Assembly (NCBI GenBank): GCA_036507075.1
Contig: DASXQR010000058.1
Location: 1-23,964, forward strand
DNA: 23,964 bases
Direction: 5' to 3'
Source of the DNA: Acidobacteriota bacterium
GTDB lineage: Bacteria; Acidobacteriota; UBA6911; JACQSX01
Shown: one piece after another, positions 23,940 through 23,964 of the stretch
How positions within the stretch are numbered: the stretch's first letter is position 1
Layout: each line of letters opens with the position of its first letter
Translations under genes and position numbers: made by a program
The notes under the pieces: model-generated
Database searches by the model: none
The model's input: only the letters and a program-made list of their open reading frames with translations
What the model was told of the DNA's origin: nothing

Positions 23940-23964
23940 TTTGTGCTCTTTGTGCCTTTGTGGT
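23940..23964. repeat. 9-mer family right arm, cut by the window end
   Basis: 25 nt identical to 2934-2958. Confidence 0.9.

Noticed and set aside
1..23964. An autonomous mobile element, defence system or prophage in the window
   Set aside because: No transposase, integrase, reverse transcriptase, nuclease or phage-like ORF is recognisable; any driver of the repeats must lie elsewhere.

Overview
Bacterial chromosomal segment, probably Acidobacteriota (inferred from the acidobacterial-type VWA protein and overall gene mix). It holds 17 apparently intact, functionally unrelated genes: class A PBP, GH148-like glycoside hydrolase with an inserted CBM4, DegT aminotransferase, YVTN beta-propeller, SAM methyltransferase, stand-alone sigma-region-4 protein, secreted hypothetical protein, VWA protein, OmpA protein, Tat-exported Gfo/Idh/MocA oxidoreductase, MFS transporter, two GNATs, murI, alaC, MscS channel and NCS1 permease. 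I see no rRNA, tRNA, CRISPR array, transposase or phage gene. The unusual content is non-coding: 16 of the 18 spacers (including both window ends) carry short-period tandem arrays, mostly paired as inverted arms. They fall into several families (8-mer GGAGGGAT, 7-mer GCGGGTT, 7-mer ATGCGGA, 7/14-mer CACTGACAACGGGC, 7-mer TGACYAA, 6-mer ACGNNY, 9-mer ACCRCNRAG), plus a REP/REPIN-like palindrome and a fixed-spacing 40-bp motif. The arrays have conserved ends, often abut stop codons, nest inside one another and have contributed the C-termini of two proteins. This pattern suggests a population of non-autonomous mobile or structural elements whose driver gene is outside the window; that interpretation is inference.
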